Assembly (NCBI GenBank): GCA_951406725.2 | Contig: OX597838.1 | Location: 33,356,001 to 33,420,000, forward strand | Origin: Octopus vulgaris | Taxonomy: Eukaryota | DNA: 64,000 nt | Direction of reading: 5' to 3' | Part shown: positions 23,390-35,447 of the stretch, in pieces | How positions within the stretch are numbered: position 1 is the first letter of the stretch | Layout: each line of letters begins with the position of its first letter | Program-made: the position numbers and the translations under genes | The notes under the pieces: generated by a model | Told to the model about the DNA's origin: nothing | Database searches by the model: none | What the model saw: only the letters and a program-made list of their open reading frames with translations

Positions 23390-23990
23390 CGAAGGTGAGT
23401 CAAAAAGTAATGCCATTTTGTTTAGGACAGGTATAATTACCATCACAGGAACATGTGTCATACATCAAAATGAAGCCGGTCCTCTGTGGATCACATCCCT
23501 AATTCTCAACATAGTCACCGTTTCTCTCAATAGCAATGTTCCACCTTCGAATGAGAACATGTATCCCTACCCCGTAAAATTCCGTTGACTGTTCTTTGAG
23601 CCACTTCTTCACAGTTTTCACTTCCTCGTCACTGGACTATCATCTCTTCGGCCCCATGAAAGAGGGTTTGAGAGGCAAACATTATTCCAGTGACGAGGAA
23701 GTGAAAACGGTAGAGAAGAAGTGTCTCAAAGAACAGTCAACAGATTTTTATGGGGCAGAGATACATGTTCTCATTCGAAGGTGGAACATTGCTATTCGAC
23801 AAGAGCGTAATAGAGAGAGAGTTGGCAGACTACCTGCCAACTATAAAATTTATTTCACGAGGGACCAAATTTGCAATGGTGTGGTTGCTGTTTGGTACCC
23901 CCGAGGAAGATGGCAGATTCCCTTGAGGGAAAAGAAATTTTGTTCCTCCCCACTTATTGTGGGAGAAAGATATGAAGAGCCTGGGTGTGC
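23390..23990 (+). mobile_element. Deletion chimera: truncated mariner MITE (23390-23796) fused to a family-B ORF1 fragment
   Basis: GCTATT|CGACAAGAGCG and GGGTGTGC|TAACGATTC junctions. Confidence 0.85.
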
Positions 23991-24025
23991 TAACGATTCT
24001 GCCAGCTTGCCGCCTTAACTAAAGG

Positions 24026-24104
24026 TACTAAAGATTCCCTTGGGGAGGAACATTTTTAATGAGTCTATAGACTTATTTTTGTAAGCCCCTTCTAACTTGA
24101 GGCT
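24026..24104 (+). pseudogene. 5'-truncated U5 pseudogene, copy 3
   Basis: As 14029. Confidence 0.88.
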
Positions 24105-24806
24105 GATAATTAAATTAACATCGGATTTTCGAAAACCTACAGGTGTCGTTAGCTGTTCCTCATCTTTTCAACTTGAAAGTAGTGATGGTTACTGTAACTT
24201 TCACACCCGAGATTAGACAAATTTCGAAGGAGGTCGTGCTTATATCTATTCTATCTCCACTCCCAGCCATGACCTCTAGGTGATTGGATTATTTTACGAT
24301 GGAAGCCCGATTTGAACTCGTAACACTGTGTTTACAAATTGTCTTTCTTCAAATTTGTGGAATCATATTATTTGGTGAGTCTATACTCCCCTTTTTAAAA
24401 ATGTTTGATTGTGATTTGAGAAAGATTTGGTTCCTATTTCTAGCAATTGAGCGACGGCCTAGAGCAGGCATCCACAACTCTTTTCGAGGAAACGCATTGA
24501 TGTTTGCAAAAAAAAAATGGTCCTTTGAGCCGAGAAATTTTAGCAGCAGTTTCAAGGTGAAGGTCGATTATAAACGTCACTGATAGGTATAAATATATCC
24601 AGTTTTATTTAATTAAAATCTAATTAATTGATTGATTATAATACATGGAAGAAAATATTTATTATAATTCTACTAATTATTTATATATAACATATTCAAA
24701 ATTTTCTTATCATAGAATTAATTATCTACATTAATTTACATTTTCTAATCAGTGTTTGTTTATTTAGATATTTTGTATAATAAAAGGCGTGACAGGTGTG
24801 CCAGTT

Positions 24807-24930
24807 AACTCTGGTTTCTCCTCACCCCGAGCGGATAAATCTTTCGCCTTTTACTAAAGATTTCCGTGGGGAGGAACATTTTAATGAGTCTATAGACTTA
24901 TTTTTGAAAGCCTCATCTAACCATGAGGCG
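24807..24930 (+). ncRNA. U5: U5 snRNA gene, class X
   Basis: Full consensus with upstream blocks. Confidence 0.96.
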
Positions 24931-25519
24931 ATAATTAAATTAATATCAAACTAATAAACAAAATAAATTCGAGGAATGGGCAGTAAATAGTACTGCCCAT
25001 TTCTCGAAAAACTGTTGTATATACTGCAACGAACTCGCAATGGATAAATCTTGATTTGTAATTTCTCATATAGAATTATACTGAACAGAAATTATATGGT
25101 CAGCCAAACTAGCTTCAGTGAAGGCGCAATGGCCCAGTGGTTAGGGCAAGCGGACTCGCGGTTTCGATTCCTAGACTGGGCGCTGTGTGTGTTTATTGAG
25201 CGAAAACACCTAAAGCTCCAGCAAGGGGTGGTGGCGACCCCTGCTGTACTCTTTCGCCCCAACTTTTTCTGACTCTCTCTTCCTGTTTCTTGAGTAACGC
25301 TGCGATGGATAGGTGTCCCGTCCAGTTAAGGGGGAACACATACGCCACAGAAACCGGGCCCATGAGCCTGGCTAGGCTTGAAAAGGGCGCATAAATAAAT
25401 AAAAAAAACCTAGCTTCTACTTCCATTGTGTGGGTGATAATTTAGTTTATTGGGGTGAGTGCGTTAAGCGGTGATAAATAAAAATGCGACGTTAATATCA
25501 GTTCGAATGTGCTTAAGTA

Positions 25520-26055
25520 CGAGGGTGAGTTAAAATTTAATGCCATTTTGTTTAGGACAGGAATAATTACCATCACAGGAACATGTATCATACATCAAAA
25601 TGAAGCTGGTCCTCTGTGGATCACATCCCTACTTCTCAACATAGTCACCGTTTCTCTCAATAGCAATGCTCCACCTTCGAATGAGAGCATGTATTCCTAC
25701 CCCGTAAAATTCCGTTGACTGTTCTTTGAGCCACTTTTTCACTTCCTCTTCACTGGACTATCATCTCTTCGGCCCCATGAAAGAGGGTTTGAGAGGCAAA
25801 CATCATTCCAGTGATGAGGAAGTGAAAACGGTAGAGAAGAAGTGGCTCAAAGAACAGTCAACAGAATTTTATGGAGGCAGAGATACATGCACTCATTCGA
25901 AGGTGGAACATTGCTATTGAGAGAAACGGTGACTATGTTGAAGTAGGGATGTGATCCACAGAGGACCAGCTTCCTTTTGATGTATGACACATGTTCTTGT
26001 GTTGGTAATTATACCTGTCCTAAACAAATTGGCATTACTTTTTGACTCACCCTCG
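25520..26055. mobile_element. Palindromic mariner MITE, copy 6
   Basis: TIRs and TA TSD. Confidence 0.9.
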
Positions 26056-26172
26056 TATTTACAAGTCAGAACGTGCTTTTAGCGTGTTCGAACTAGTGTT
26101 AACATTGCATTTTTAATTTATCGATCTCAACCTGATACGAAGATATATAATAACAGACGTGACAGATTTGCT

Positions 26173-26298
26173 ATGCCTCTGGTTTCTCCTCACCCCCAGC
26201 GGATAAATCTTTCGCCTTTTACTAAAGATTTCCGTGGGGAGGAACATTTTAATGAGTCTATAGACTTATTTTTGCAAGCCTCATCTAACCTTGAGGCT
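26173..26298 (+). ncRNA. U5: U5 snRNA copy, class Z, promoter block lost beyond about -32
   Basis: Full body; CACCCCCAGC and TTTTTGCAAG variants. Confidence 0.85.
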
Positions 26299-26866
26299 GA
26301 TAATTAAATTAACATCAGACTAATTAACTTGGTTTCACAAACTACAGGTCCCTGGGCCCTCGAACGTTGTCTATAAACTTATTTTTCTAAGTTTCATCTA
26401 ACCATAAAGACATTAAGATAGCAGGTCGTGTGTGTGTTACGTTTATCGCTATAAATTTTTTAACGGTTGTGATTTGGGGAAGATTTGGTTGCTATTTCAA
26501 GCAATTCAGTGACTGTCTAGAGCAGGCATCGGCAACCATTTTCGAGAAACGATTTGATGCTTACAAACATTTTTTTAAACGTGGTCCTGTGAGCCGAGAA
26601 ATTTTAGCAGCCGTTTCAAGGTCAAGGTCGATTATAAACATCACTGATAGGTACAAATATATCCAGTTTTATTTAGTCAAACCTTAATATTTAATTATTA
26701 ACACATCGACTAAAATATTTATTATAATCTACTAGTTATTTATATATAAAGATATTTAAAATTTGTTGATCATGAAATTAATTACCTATATTGATTTATA
26801 TCTTCTAATCAGTGTTTGTTTAGTCAGATATTTTGTATAATCTTGAATGTCAATTGTGAGTCTGTT

Positions 26867-26990
26867 AACTCTGGTTTCTCCTCACCCCGAGCGGATAAAT
26901 CTTTCGCCTTTTACTAAAGATTTCCGTGGGGAGGAACATTTTAATGAGTCTATAGACTTATTTTTGAAAGCCTCATCTAACAATGAGGCG
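26867..26990 (+). ncRNA. U5: U5 snRNA gene, class Y
   Basis: Full consensus with upstream blocks. Confidence 0.96.
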
Positions 26991-27191
26991 ATAATTAAAT
27001 TAACATCAGACTAATTAATATTGGTTCAATTGCGACCTCCTAACCGTTTTGCCTCGGGTTCAGTCGCACAGCGTGTCTTGTATAGTAACCCCAGGCTGAT
27101 CAAAGCTGTATGCGCTTCTCCCTAACCACTACTTTACAACCAATGTTGGTTTGTTTACACCCCGTAACTTAGCAGTTCGACCGAGGTACTG

Positions 27192-27229
27192 ATAGACTTA
27201 TTTTTGAAGCCTCATCTAACCATGAGGCG
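27192..27229 (+). pseudogene. U5 3' stub
   Basis: Only Sm site, hairpin and 3' box. Confidence 0.85.
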
Positions 27230-27345
27230 ATAATTAAATTAACATCAGACTAATAAACTCGAGGAATGGGCAGTAAATAGTACTGTCCATTTCTCGAAAA
27301 ATTGTTGTATATACTGCAACGAACTCGCATTGTGCCTTTCTACAG

Positions 27346-28410
27346 TCAGGTTTTGTTGTAGAATGGCAAGTTAAACGAACATATTGATATGGAGGTCAGT
27401 TCAGAAAATAAGAGTGCTCGTAGCCTGGTTGTGGCAGTTGGCGTCAGGCAGACGGCTAAAGCTTTTGTTCTGCCAATTTCTGGAAAGATTAACGAGTTTC
27501 GAAGAGACCTCTGCCCTTTTCCGGTCAAAGAAGGGTCGAGGAACCACCCCTTTAAAATGCGGGAGCTGTGAGTTTGTTGGACAGTCGGGAACAGAGCGAG
27601 TTGGTAACAGGTAGTTCTGCCGGAGACAGTGAATGTGAAAGACATACGCAGAGGACGGTCAGCCAGGAAGGTGGCGAAGGCGAAGGCAGCTACATCGTTG
27701 AGAGAGACAGACCGGGAATGTGAGGGATGACAAGCGAGAGGAAGACAGGCAGATAGGATTAAGAAGAGCTGGGAGAGATTACGGCGAGAGGGCATGGCTG
27801 TTCGTAGCGGGAGTTTGTAAACGAAGAAATGTAACGGTATGTGTTGTTTATGTTTTGATGTGAATTGTGTTAAAAAGAGTTGTTAAAGGAAAGAACTGAG
27901 TTGTGTTAAAGAAAAGAATTGTTGAACTAAAAAAAGAGAATTGATGTGGAAAAAAGAGAAAGAAGGAAAGAGGAAAAAGAAATGAAATTGTAAAGACATT
28001 GTGAATTAAGGAAAAGAGTTGTTGAAATGTAAAAGAAAAAAGAAAGAGAAAGACTTTAATGTGATTTGAACATTAAACTGTATCGTGAATTGAACTGATT
28101 TGTTTCTGAACTGTATATTGTACCTGCTTGCTTTGATCTTGTTAATTTTGTTGCATGTTATTTTCTTTGATGTATTTGATGTTGTAATGATTGTCATAAA
28201 CTGTTGTTAAACGTAAGCCAATTGCCTTCCGCCGTTTCTCTCTGTATCTCTTCCTGCTGTTGTTGTTGTTCTCTCCGTTCGCCGGTTGCCGGGTTCGCTG
28301 CCACCCCACCCCCACCGGGTCCTCTCTTTCCGTCAAGCCGGTCAATCGTCGTCGCTCGACTTGGTAGGGTCCCGGGTTTCCGAAGAGTTTGAGCGACGGC
28401 AGGTTCGTAA
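27346..28410 (-). other. Unclassified insertion, probably a retroelement 5' end (GC-rich leader, biased UTR, 149-aa ORF 27795-27346)
   Basis: Breaks the U5 spacer at GGTTTTGTTGTAG; composition differs from the flanks; no recognisable domain. Confidence 0.35.
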
Positions 28411-28693
28411 CAATATATTAAATGCACAGGCGAACGGAAAACAGGCACAGAAGGTCCTTAATTCCTTATCAGTTATCGACCAGGGGGTATGCCACAATTT
28501 TGTACCTTTAACGATAAGATTGATTCCAAGCTTTAACGATAAGATTGATTTCCAAGAGTTGCAGAAAATATTGGACCGAAAACAAACAAACAATATATGG
28601 ATAACAAGCGATGAAGAAGTGGGCATACGAAAATGAATAAATGTAATTCAAGACGGCGGACGAAGGACAAAGATGAAATAAATAAGCAAATAA

Positions 28694-29103
28694 GGCGCAG
28701 GAGTGGCTGTGTGGTAAGTAGCTTGCTAACCAGCCACATGGTTCCGGGTTCAGTCCCACTGCGTGGCATCTTGGGCAAGTGTCTTCTGCTATAGCCCCGG
28801 GCCGACCAGTGCCTTGTGAGTGGATTTGGTAGACGGAAACTGAAAGAAGCCTGTCGTATATATGTATATATATATATGTGTGTGTATGTGTGTGTGTTTA
28901 TGTGTGTCTGTGTTTGTCCCCCTAGCATTGCTTGACAACCGATGCTGGTGTGTTTACGTCCCCGTTACTTAGCGGTTCGGCAAAAGAGACCGATGGAATA
29001 AGTACTGGGCTTACAAAGAATAAGTCCCGGGGTCGATTTGCTCGACTAAAGGCGGTGCTCCAGCATGGCCGCAGTCAAATGACTGAAACAAGTAAAAGAG
29101 TAA
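28694..29103 (+). mobile_element. Family-1 SINE, full length
   Basis: GGCGCAGGAGTGGCTGTGTGGTAAG...GAAACAAGTAAAAGAG. Confidence 0.9.
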
Positions 29104-29262
29104 ATAGCTAAAGCAGAATGCAGCTTTAAGGCCAGATGAAGACGAAGCATCGTATCATGTTCAGAAGCGATGAACATCACCAGAATTTCTGACTCCAGTC
29201 AAAATATGACAAACTTCGCCAAATCTTCGTTAAAGTCTCTGCGTAAGTAAAACGTGAACCGG

Positions 29263-30603
29263 TTAATTACCTCCGCCAAGGAAGACGGTTGTGTTTTCAT
29301 CGGCGTTGGTTTATCCGTCTGTCCGTCTGTCTGCAAAATAACTCAAAAAGTTGTGAACAGTATTTGATGAAACTTGCAGGAAAAGTTGGTAGGGACACAT
29401 GGAACAGATGATGAAATTTTGGTAGTGATCCGAGAATTTTTCATGGATTCTTGAAGGATTTTTCAGTTGTTATATTTACTTTACATGAAGTATTACAATG
29501 TTACATTCTTTGATTATCTCTCTTGAAAACGCGTTCATCGTTTCCCCGTAACCTATGGTGGCGTTGCTGTTTCCAAAGTTTTTTTCGTTTCTCTATTAGT
29601 AATTTTACTCGCGTATCCATCTTAAAATGAGCTGTTTGGCGGAGGTCTGGGATCTTTTCTTTTTGAAGGCCAGATTTTCCTAGTTAACTAAAAAATTTGA
29701 AACTTCGTATACTGGTAGAATGTGTCAAAAGAAAACATTATTGTAAACAAAATTGAAAACAAAATTGTAATTTGTAACTTAAACGTAGTTTAATTTTTAC
29801 GAATTTTAACCAATGAAATCCCAACATTGCTGCGTTATCGATATTGATAAAGAAATATAACAGACGCACGACACACACACACACACACACACACACATTT
29901 GCACAAGCACATAGTAATTAATATATAAGCGTACACACACATACGCACACAAGCAAAAATACACGTTCGTGTTTTGCCACTTGCCGCAACAAATTTGCAC
30001 AGAAGGGTGGGGTCAATGTTTCATCGTTTCGGGGTCGATAAATTAAGTACCAATTACGCACTGATGTCGAGGATTTTTTTCCCAATTTATACCACAGCTT
30101 CCGACAAGCTGGGGCATCCCTTTTATGAAAAAATATTTCGCAAATTTTTACAATACTACTAACACTCCACGCGCAAACTCGAGACCGATTTAGGCATATT
30201 ATTGTTTTGTTTTTGTTGTTTCTAGCCCTTCAAAACCATGGGAGAAGCCTTTTCGGTAAAAAAAAAAGAAAGAAAATATTCAAAAAATATCGTTAATATT
30301 TTTATTGGGCGACGAAATTAATCGATTTAAGAGATATAGCTGTTATTTCTAGCACATGTAGAAGACTGAAGAAGAGGTAAATAATTTGAGCTCGAATGCT
30401 GCGATTTCATTGGTTAAAATTCTTAAAATTAAACTACGTTTAAGTTACGAATTACAATTTTGTTTTCAATTTTGTTTACAATAATGTTTTCTTTTGACAC
30501 ATTCTACCAGTATACGAAGTTTCAAATTTTTTAGTTAACTAGGAAAATCTGGCCTTCAAAAAGAAAAGATCCGAGGTCTGCACTCTTGGTGTGCTTTTCT
30601 GGT
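29263..30603 (+). mobile_element. Non-autonomous Helentron/HINE (DINE-like) element with nested MITE
   Basis: Subterminal IR ACCTCCGCCAA/TTGGCGGAGGT; internal GTCT microsatellite; 3' GCAC..GTGC hairpin. Confidence 0.65.
29650..30572. mobile_element. GGATC-terminated MITE with ~180-bp TIRs and 8-bp TSD GAGGTCTG
   Basis: Long inverted termini; exact TSD at 29642-29649 and 30573-30580. Confidence 0.88.
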
Positions 30604-30955
30604 TTGTACTGGCATCAAGTCGTATAAGGTGTAATAATGACACCAAACCAAATAGTGATACTTTGAAATTATTTAATACGTATGTCTTCCCAAATCACAA
30701 AATTGAATAAACCCATTCAAGGCGAGCGTCAATTATGAACGTCACCCATCGCTATTAAGAAATCTATTTAATGAAACAGAAATTTCTAAAAATTATAGTA
30801 AGTGCAACTTATTTGGAAAACTATATTTAGTATTATAACCGCAAGCGTTTATAGTCTATTAATCACAAAATTAATTAGGTATATTAATTTACTCAGCATA
30901 ATCAGTATGTGTTTATTTAGATATTTTATATAATAACAGACGTGACAGATTTGCT

Positions 30956-31081
30956 ATGCCTCTGGTTTCTCCTCATCCCGAGCGGATAAATCTTTCGCCT
31001 TTTACTAAAGATTTCCGTGGGGAGGAACATTTTAATGAGTCTATAGACTTATTTTTGAAAGCCTCATCTAACCTTGAGGCT
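30956..31081 (+). ncRNA. U5: U5 snRNA gene, class Z with intact upstream blocks
   Basis: Full body; ATTAATTT..TAATCAGT block upstream; C>T makes a U-G wobble. Confidence 0.93.
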
Positions 31082-31207
31082 GATAATTAAATTAACATCA
31101 GACTAATTAACTTGGTTTCACAAAATACGGGTCCCTGGGCCCTCCAACATTGTGTTGTCTATAAACTTATTTTTCTAAGTTTCATCTAACCATAAAGACA
31201 TTAAGAT

Positions 31208-32524
31208 GTCACAATTCGAATTTATTCCTAACTCCAGCTGTTGTCATCAACTCATCGAGTTTCTTGAGGACGTTACCCAAATCACTGATCGCGGATCCTG
31301 GGTGGATGTTGTTTACCTGGACTTTGCTAAGGCTTTTTACTCTGTGCCACACAAAAGACTTATGGTGAAGCTTTCTGCGTTGGGTGTAAGAGACGAACTC
31401 TATAACTGGTTAAAGTCCTTTATTTTCAGCCGAAAAGAGGTTGTCACAGTTCTAGGACAGCACTCTTCGCCCTATGGGATGACATCTGGTGTACCACAGG
31501 GATCTGTTCTTGGCCCCCTTTTATTTGTTGCATATGTTAATGACATAGATGCCAACTTAAAGAATGCCACAGTGCTGAAATATGCACCTCGAAATAAAGA
31601 GGTCAAATCCTACACACTATAGATCTCTATTGCAAGCAGACCTGGACACAATGCAGCAGTGGATCATGGACTGGCAACTCAAGCTGGTTGTGGACAAATG
31701 TACCACCATGCATTTTGGGAGGAGAAACCCAGCGTCCACCTACTCCCTCCACAACACTAGTCTCAAAAAGTCTTCATGTGAACGTGACCTGGGTGTTATT
31801 GTCGACAGTGATTTGCGTTGGACAAAACACATCGCTAAAATTGTCAAGAAGGCTGAGGGTGTCTTGGCATCACTCACCAAATCCTTTGTAAGCCGCTCTC
31901 CGGCTATCTATCTGCGGCTTTATATAGGTATGGTAAGACCTCACCTGGAATTTGCATCACCGGTCTGGAACCCCTATCTTGCCCAGGACATCAATCGTCT
32001 GGAAGCTGTTCAGCGACGTGCAACCAAAAGAATACCCTCCATCAGTAATCTGCCATATCCTGAACGCTTTACTTCCCTGGGCATGGACACATTGAAACTC
32101 CGACGTCTGGCAGCTGACTTGGCAGACACCCATAAAATTATCAACCATCGCACAAACAATAACTCTGAGCACCTTTTCAAACTCCACCCGTCTAACACCC
32201 GTGGACATATTTACAAAGTCAGAAAACAGCACAGCTCCCATGACTTTAGGAAACATTTTTTCACGCTGAGAGTTGCTGAAGCATGGAACAAACTGCCGGC
32301 ATCGGTTGTTAGTTATCGGAGCACTGCATCCTTCAAAACTTCCATGCTTCCTGAGATTCGCCAACACTACACTTGATTTTCTCCCCTCCATACACATATA
32401 AGCATGTATCTGACTCATACATTGTTCGCTTTCCAGACATTTCTACATTACTGCATGTACTTTATTTGCACTTTCTGACAAGTTGTGGTGCACCTGAGCA
32501 CTGTATACAATAATTTCATTATAT
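31208..32524 (+). mobile_element. 5'-truncated CR1-group LINE (RT domain to 3' UTR) inserted in the U5 spacer
   Basis: VDVVYLDFAKAF, GVPQGSVLGPLLF, RPHLEFASPVWNP; the empty site is TTAAGAT^AGCAGG at ~26420. Confidence 0.92.
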
Positions 32525-32977
32525 AACAGCAGGTCATGTGTATGTGTTACGTTTATCGCTATAAGTTTTTTAACGGTTGTGATTTGGGGAAGATTTGGTT
32601 GCTATTTCTAGCAATTTAGTGACTATCTAGAGCAGGCATCCGCAACCATTTTCGAGAAACGCCTTGATGCTTACAAACATTTTTAAAAACGTGGTCCTGT
32701 GAGCCGAGAAATTTTAGCAGCCGTTTCAAGGTGAAGGTCGATTATAAACATCACTGATAGGTACAAATATATCCAGTTTTATTTAGTCAAACCTTAATAT
32801 TTAATTATTAACACATCGAATAAAATATTTATTATAATCTACTAGTTATTTATATATAAAGATATTTAAAATTTGTCGATCATGAAATTAATTACCTATA
32901 TTGATTTATATCTTCTAATCAGTGTTTGTTTAGTCAGATATTTTGTATAATATTGAATGTCAAAATGTAGGTCAGTT

Positions 32978-33101
32978 AACTCTGGTTTCTCCTCACCCCG
33001 AGCGGATAAATCTTTCGCCTTTTACTAAAGATTTCCGTGGGGAGGAACATTTTAATGAGTCTATAGACTTATTTTTGAAAGCCTCATCTAACCATGAGGC
33101 G
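32978..33101 (+). ncRNA. U5: U5 snRNA gene, class Y (last in the array)
   Basis: Full consensus with upstream blocks. Confidence 0.96.
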
Positions 33102-34179
33102 ATAATTAAATTAACATCAGACTAATTAATTTGGATCACGAACCGGGATCCCCAGTCCCACTAACATTGTTATATTTCTCACGTAAACGGTATATTTATC
33201 TATTCGTTGTTATAGTCCCCGTCACAACATTACAGCAATATTATATATTGCTTGCTGGCAAAGTGCTTAGCGGCATTTCGGTTGTCTTTGCGTTCCGCTG
33301 ATGTCGACTTTGCCTTTCATCCTTTCGGGGTCGATAAATTAAGTACCAGTTACGCACTGGGGTCGATGTAATCGACTTAATCCCTTTGTCGGGAATCAAT
33401 GAAATAAATACCAGTTGAATATTGCGATCGATATAATCGACTTGCCCCGAAATTACTGGCCTTGTGTCAAAATTTGAAGTGTGGTAAGTAGCTTGCTTAC
33501 CAACCACATGGTTCCGGGTTCAGTCCCACTGCGTGGCGCCATGGGCAAGTGTCTTCTACTATAGCCTCGGGCCAACCAAAGTTTTGTCAGTGCCGCTGAG
33601 CGACACACACACACACACACTCTAGCTACGCCACAGTGATCAACGCGACATTAAATGATTTTAAAATATACTTGCTCAAGATGACGAGAAGTGGAATCGA
33701 ACACCGTGGCTAGGAAGCAAGCTTCTTTACCACTTACCACATGTCCGCTCCCTTAGAAGTTATTTTCTTTCTTTCAGAAGAACCAAACGAAATAAACCAC
33801 ATTACATAACAGAAATTGATTCTCAAAAACAAAACAAAATTTTTTTTTCAAAAACTAACATTTGGTAAGTCTGTAACTCGGAATTCTCAAATTCTTTCTT
33901 TTCTAGATTTCGGTCGACGTCCCACACGGAATTTATAGGTCAAAATATGGATCAGGTATCGTTGATAAAAATCTGAAATGTTCGAGAAGTTTTTTCAAAT
34001 ATCAGTCGAGTTTCTGCAACTCGTCAAAAGGCAAAGTTTCACGTTGAAAACTAAACGAACTTCTCCGACGATTTATTAGATTCTCAAAAGAAACCATCTG
34101 TCGAAAAAACTGCATCGATCAAAGCCATTTAACCATCTTCCTGCCAAATTTCAATTGAAATGCGTTGCCTTTATTTTTC

Positions 34180-35447
34180 TCTCTTTTACTTGTTTCCGTC
34201 GTTTGACTGCGGCCATGCTGGAGCACCGCCTTTAGTCTAGGAAATCAACTCCAGGACCTATTCTTTATAAGCCCAGTACTTATTCTATCGGTTCTCTTTT
34301 GCCGAACCGGTAAGTTACGGGGGATGTAAACACACCAGCATCGGTTTTCAAGCGATGTGGGGGGGGGGCACAGACATACACAAACACACACACATATATA
34401 TACATATATATATACGACGGGCTTCTTTCAGTTTCTGTCTACCAAATCCACTCACAAGGCTTTGGTCGGCTCGAGGCTATAGTAGAAGACACTTGCCCGA
34501 GGTGCCACGCAGTGAGACTGAACCCGGAAACATGTGGTTGGTAAGCAAGCTACTTACCACTCAAGTTAATTTTTTTTATCTTTTACTTGTTTCAGGCATT
34601 AGACTGCAGCCATACTGGAGCACCGCCTTGAAATCGAATGAATCGATCCAAGCACTTAAAGCCTGGTTCTTATTCTATAGGTGTCTTTTGCCGAACCGCT
34701 AAGTTATGGGAACATCAGCAAATATTTCTTGAGACTTGGTTGTCAAGTAATGGTGTGGCACAAACACTGACATAGAGACACACACACACACACACACATA
34801 TATACGACTGGTTTCTTTCAGTTTCCGTCTACCAAATCCACTCACAAGGCTTTGGCCAGCCCGAGACTATAGTAGAAGACACTTGTCCAAGGTGTCACAC
34901 AGTGGGACTGAAACCACAATAATATGGCTACAAAGTAAGCTTCTTACCACACAGCCACGCCCGCTAATTTTGAAAATAAGGAGGAAGTTAGTTAAATAAT
35001 TTTGTCAGTATTAAGTTGATGTTTGAAACATAAATTTGCAGGAGTGGCTGTGTGGTAAGTAGCTTGCTCACGAACCACATGGTTCCGGGTTCAGTCCCAC
35101 TGCGCGGCACCTTGGGCAAGTGTCTTCTACTATAGCCCCGGGCCGACCAAAGCCTTGTGAGTGGATTTGGTAGACGGAAACTGAAAAGAAGCCCGTCGTA
35201 TATATGTATATATATATATGTATGTGTGTGTTTGTGTGTCTGTGTGTGTGTGTTTGTGTCGGTCCCCCCAACATCGCTTGACAACCGATGCTGGTGTGTT
35301 TACGTCCCCGTCACCTAGCGGTCCGGCAAAAGAGACCGATGGAATAAGTAGTAGGCTTACAAAGAATAAGTCCTGGGGTCGATTTACTCGACTAAAGGCG
35401 GTGCTCCAGCATGGCCACAGTCAAATGACTGAAACAAGTAAAAGAGT
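34180..35447. mobile_element. Cluster of three family-1 SINEs (34180-34560 minus, 34580-34962 minus, 35037-35447 plus)
   Basis: Matches the 28694 copy. Confidence 0.85.

Noticed and set aside
33778-33955. Two small segments with good splice signals (TTTCAG, GTAAGT, TTCTAG)
   Set aside because: The implied intron is only 42 nt and there is no convincing frame or homology; cannot be supported without RNA data
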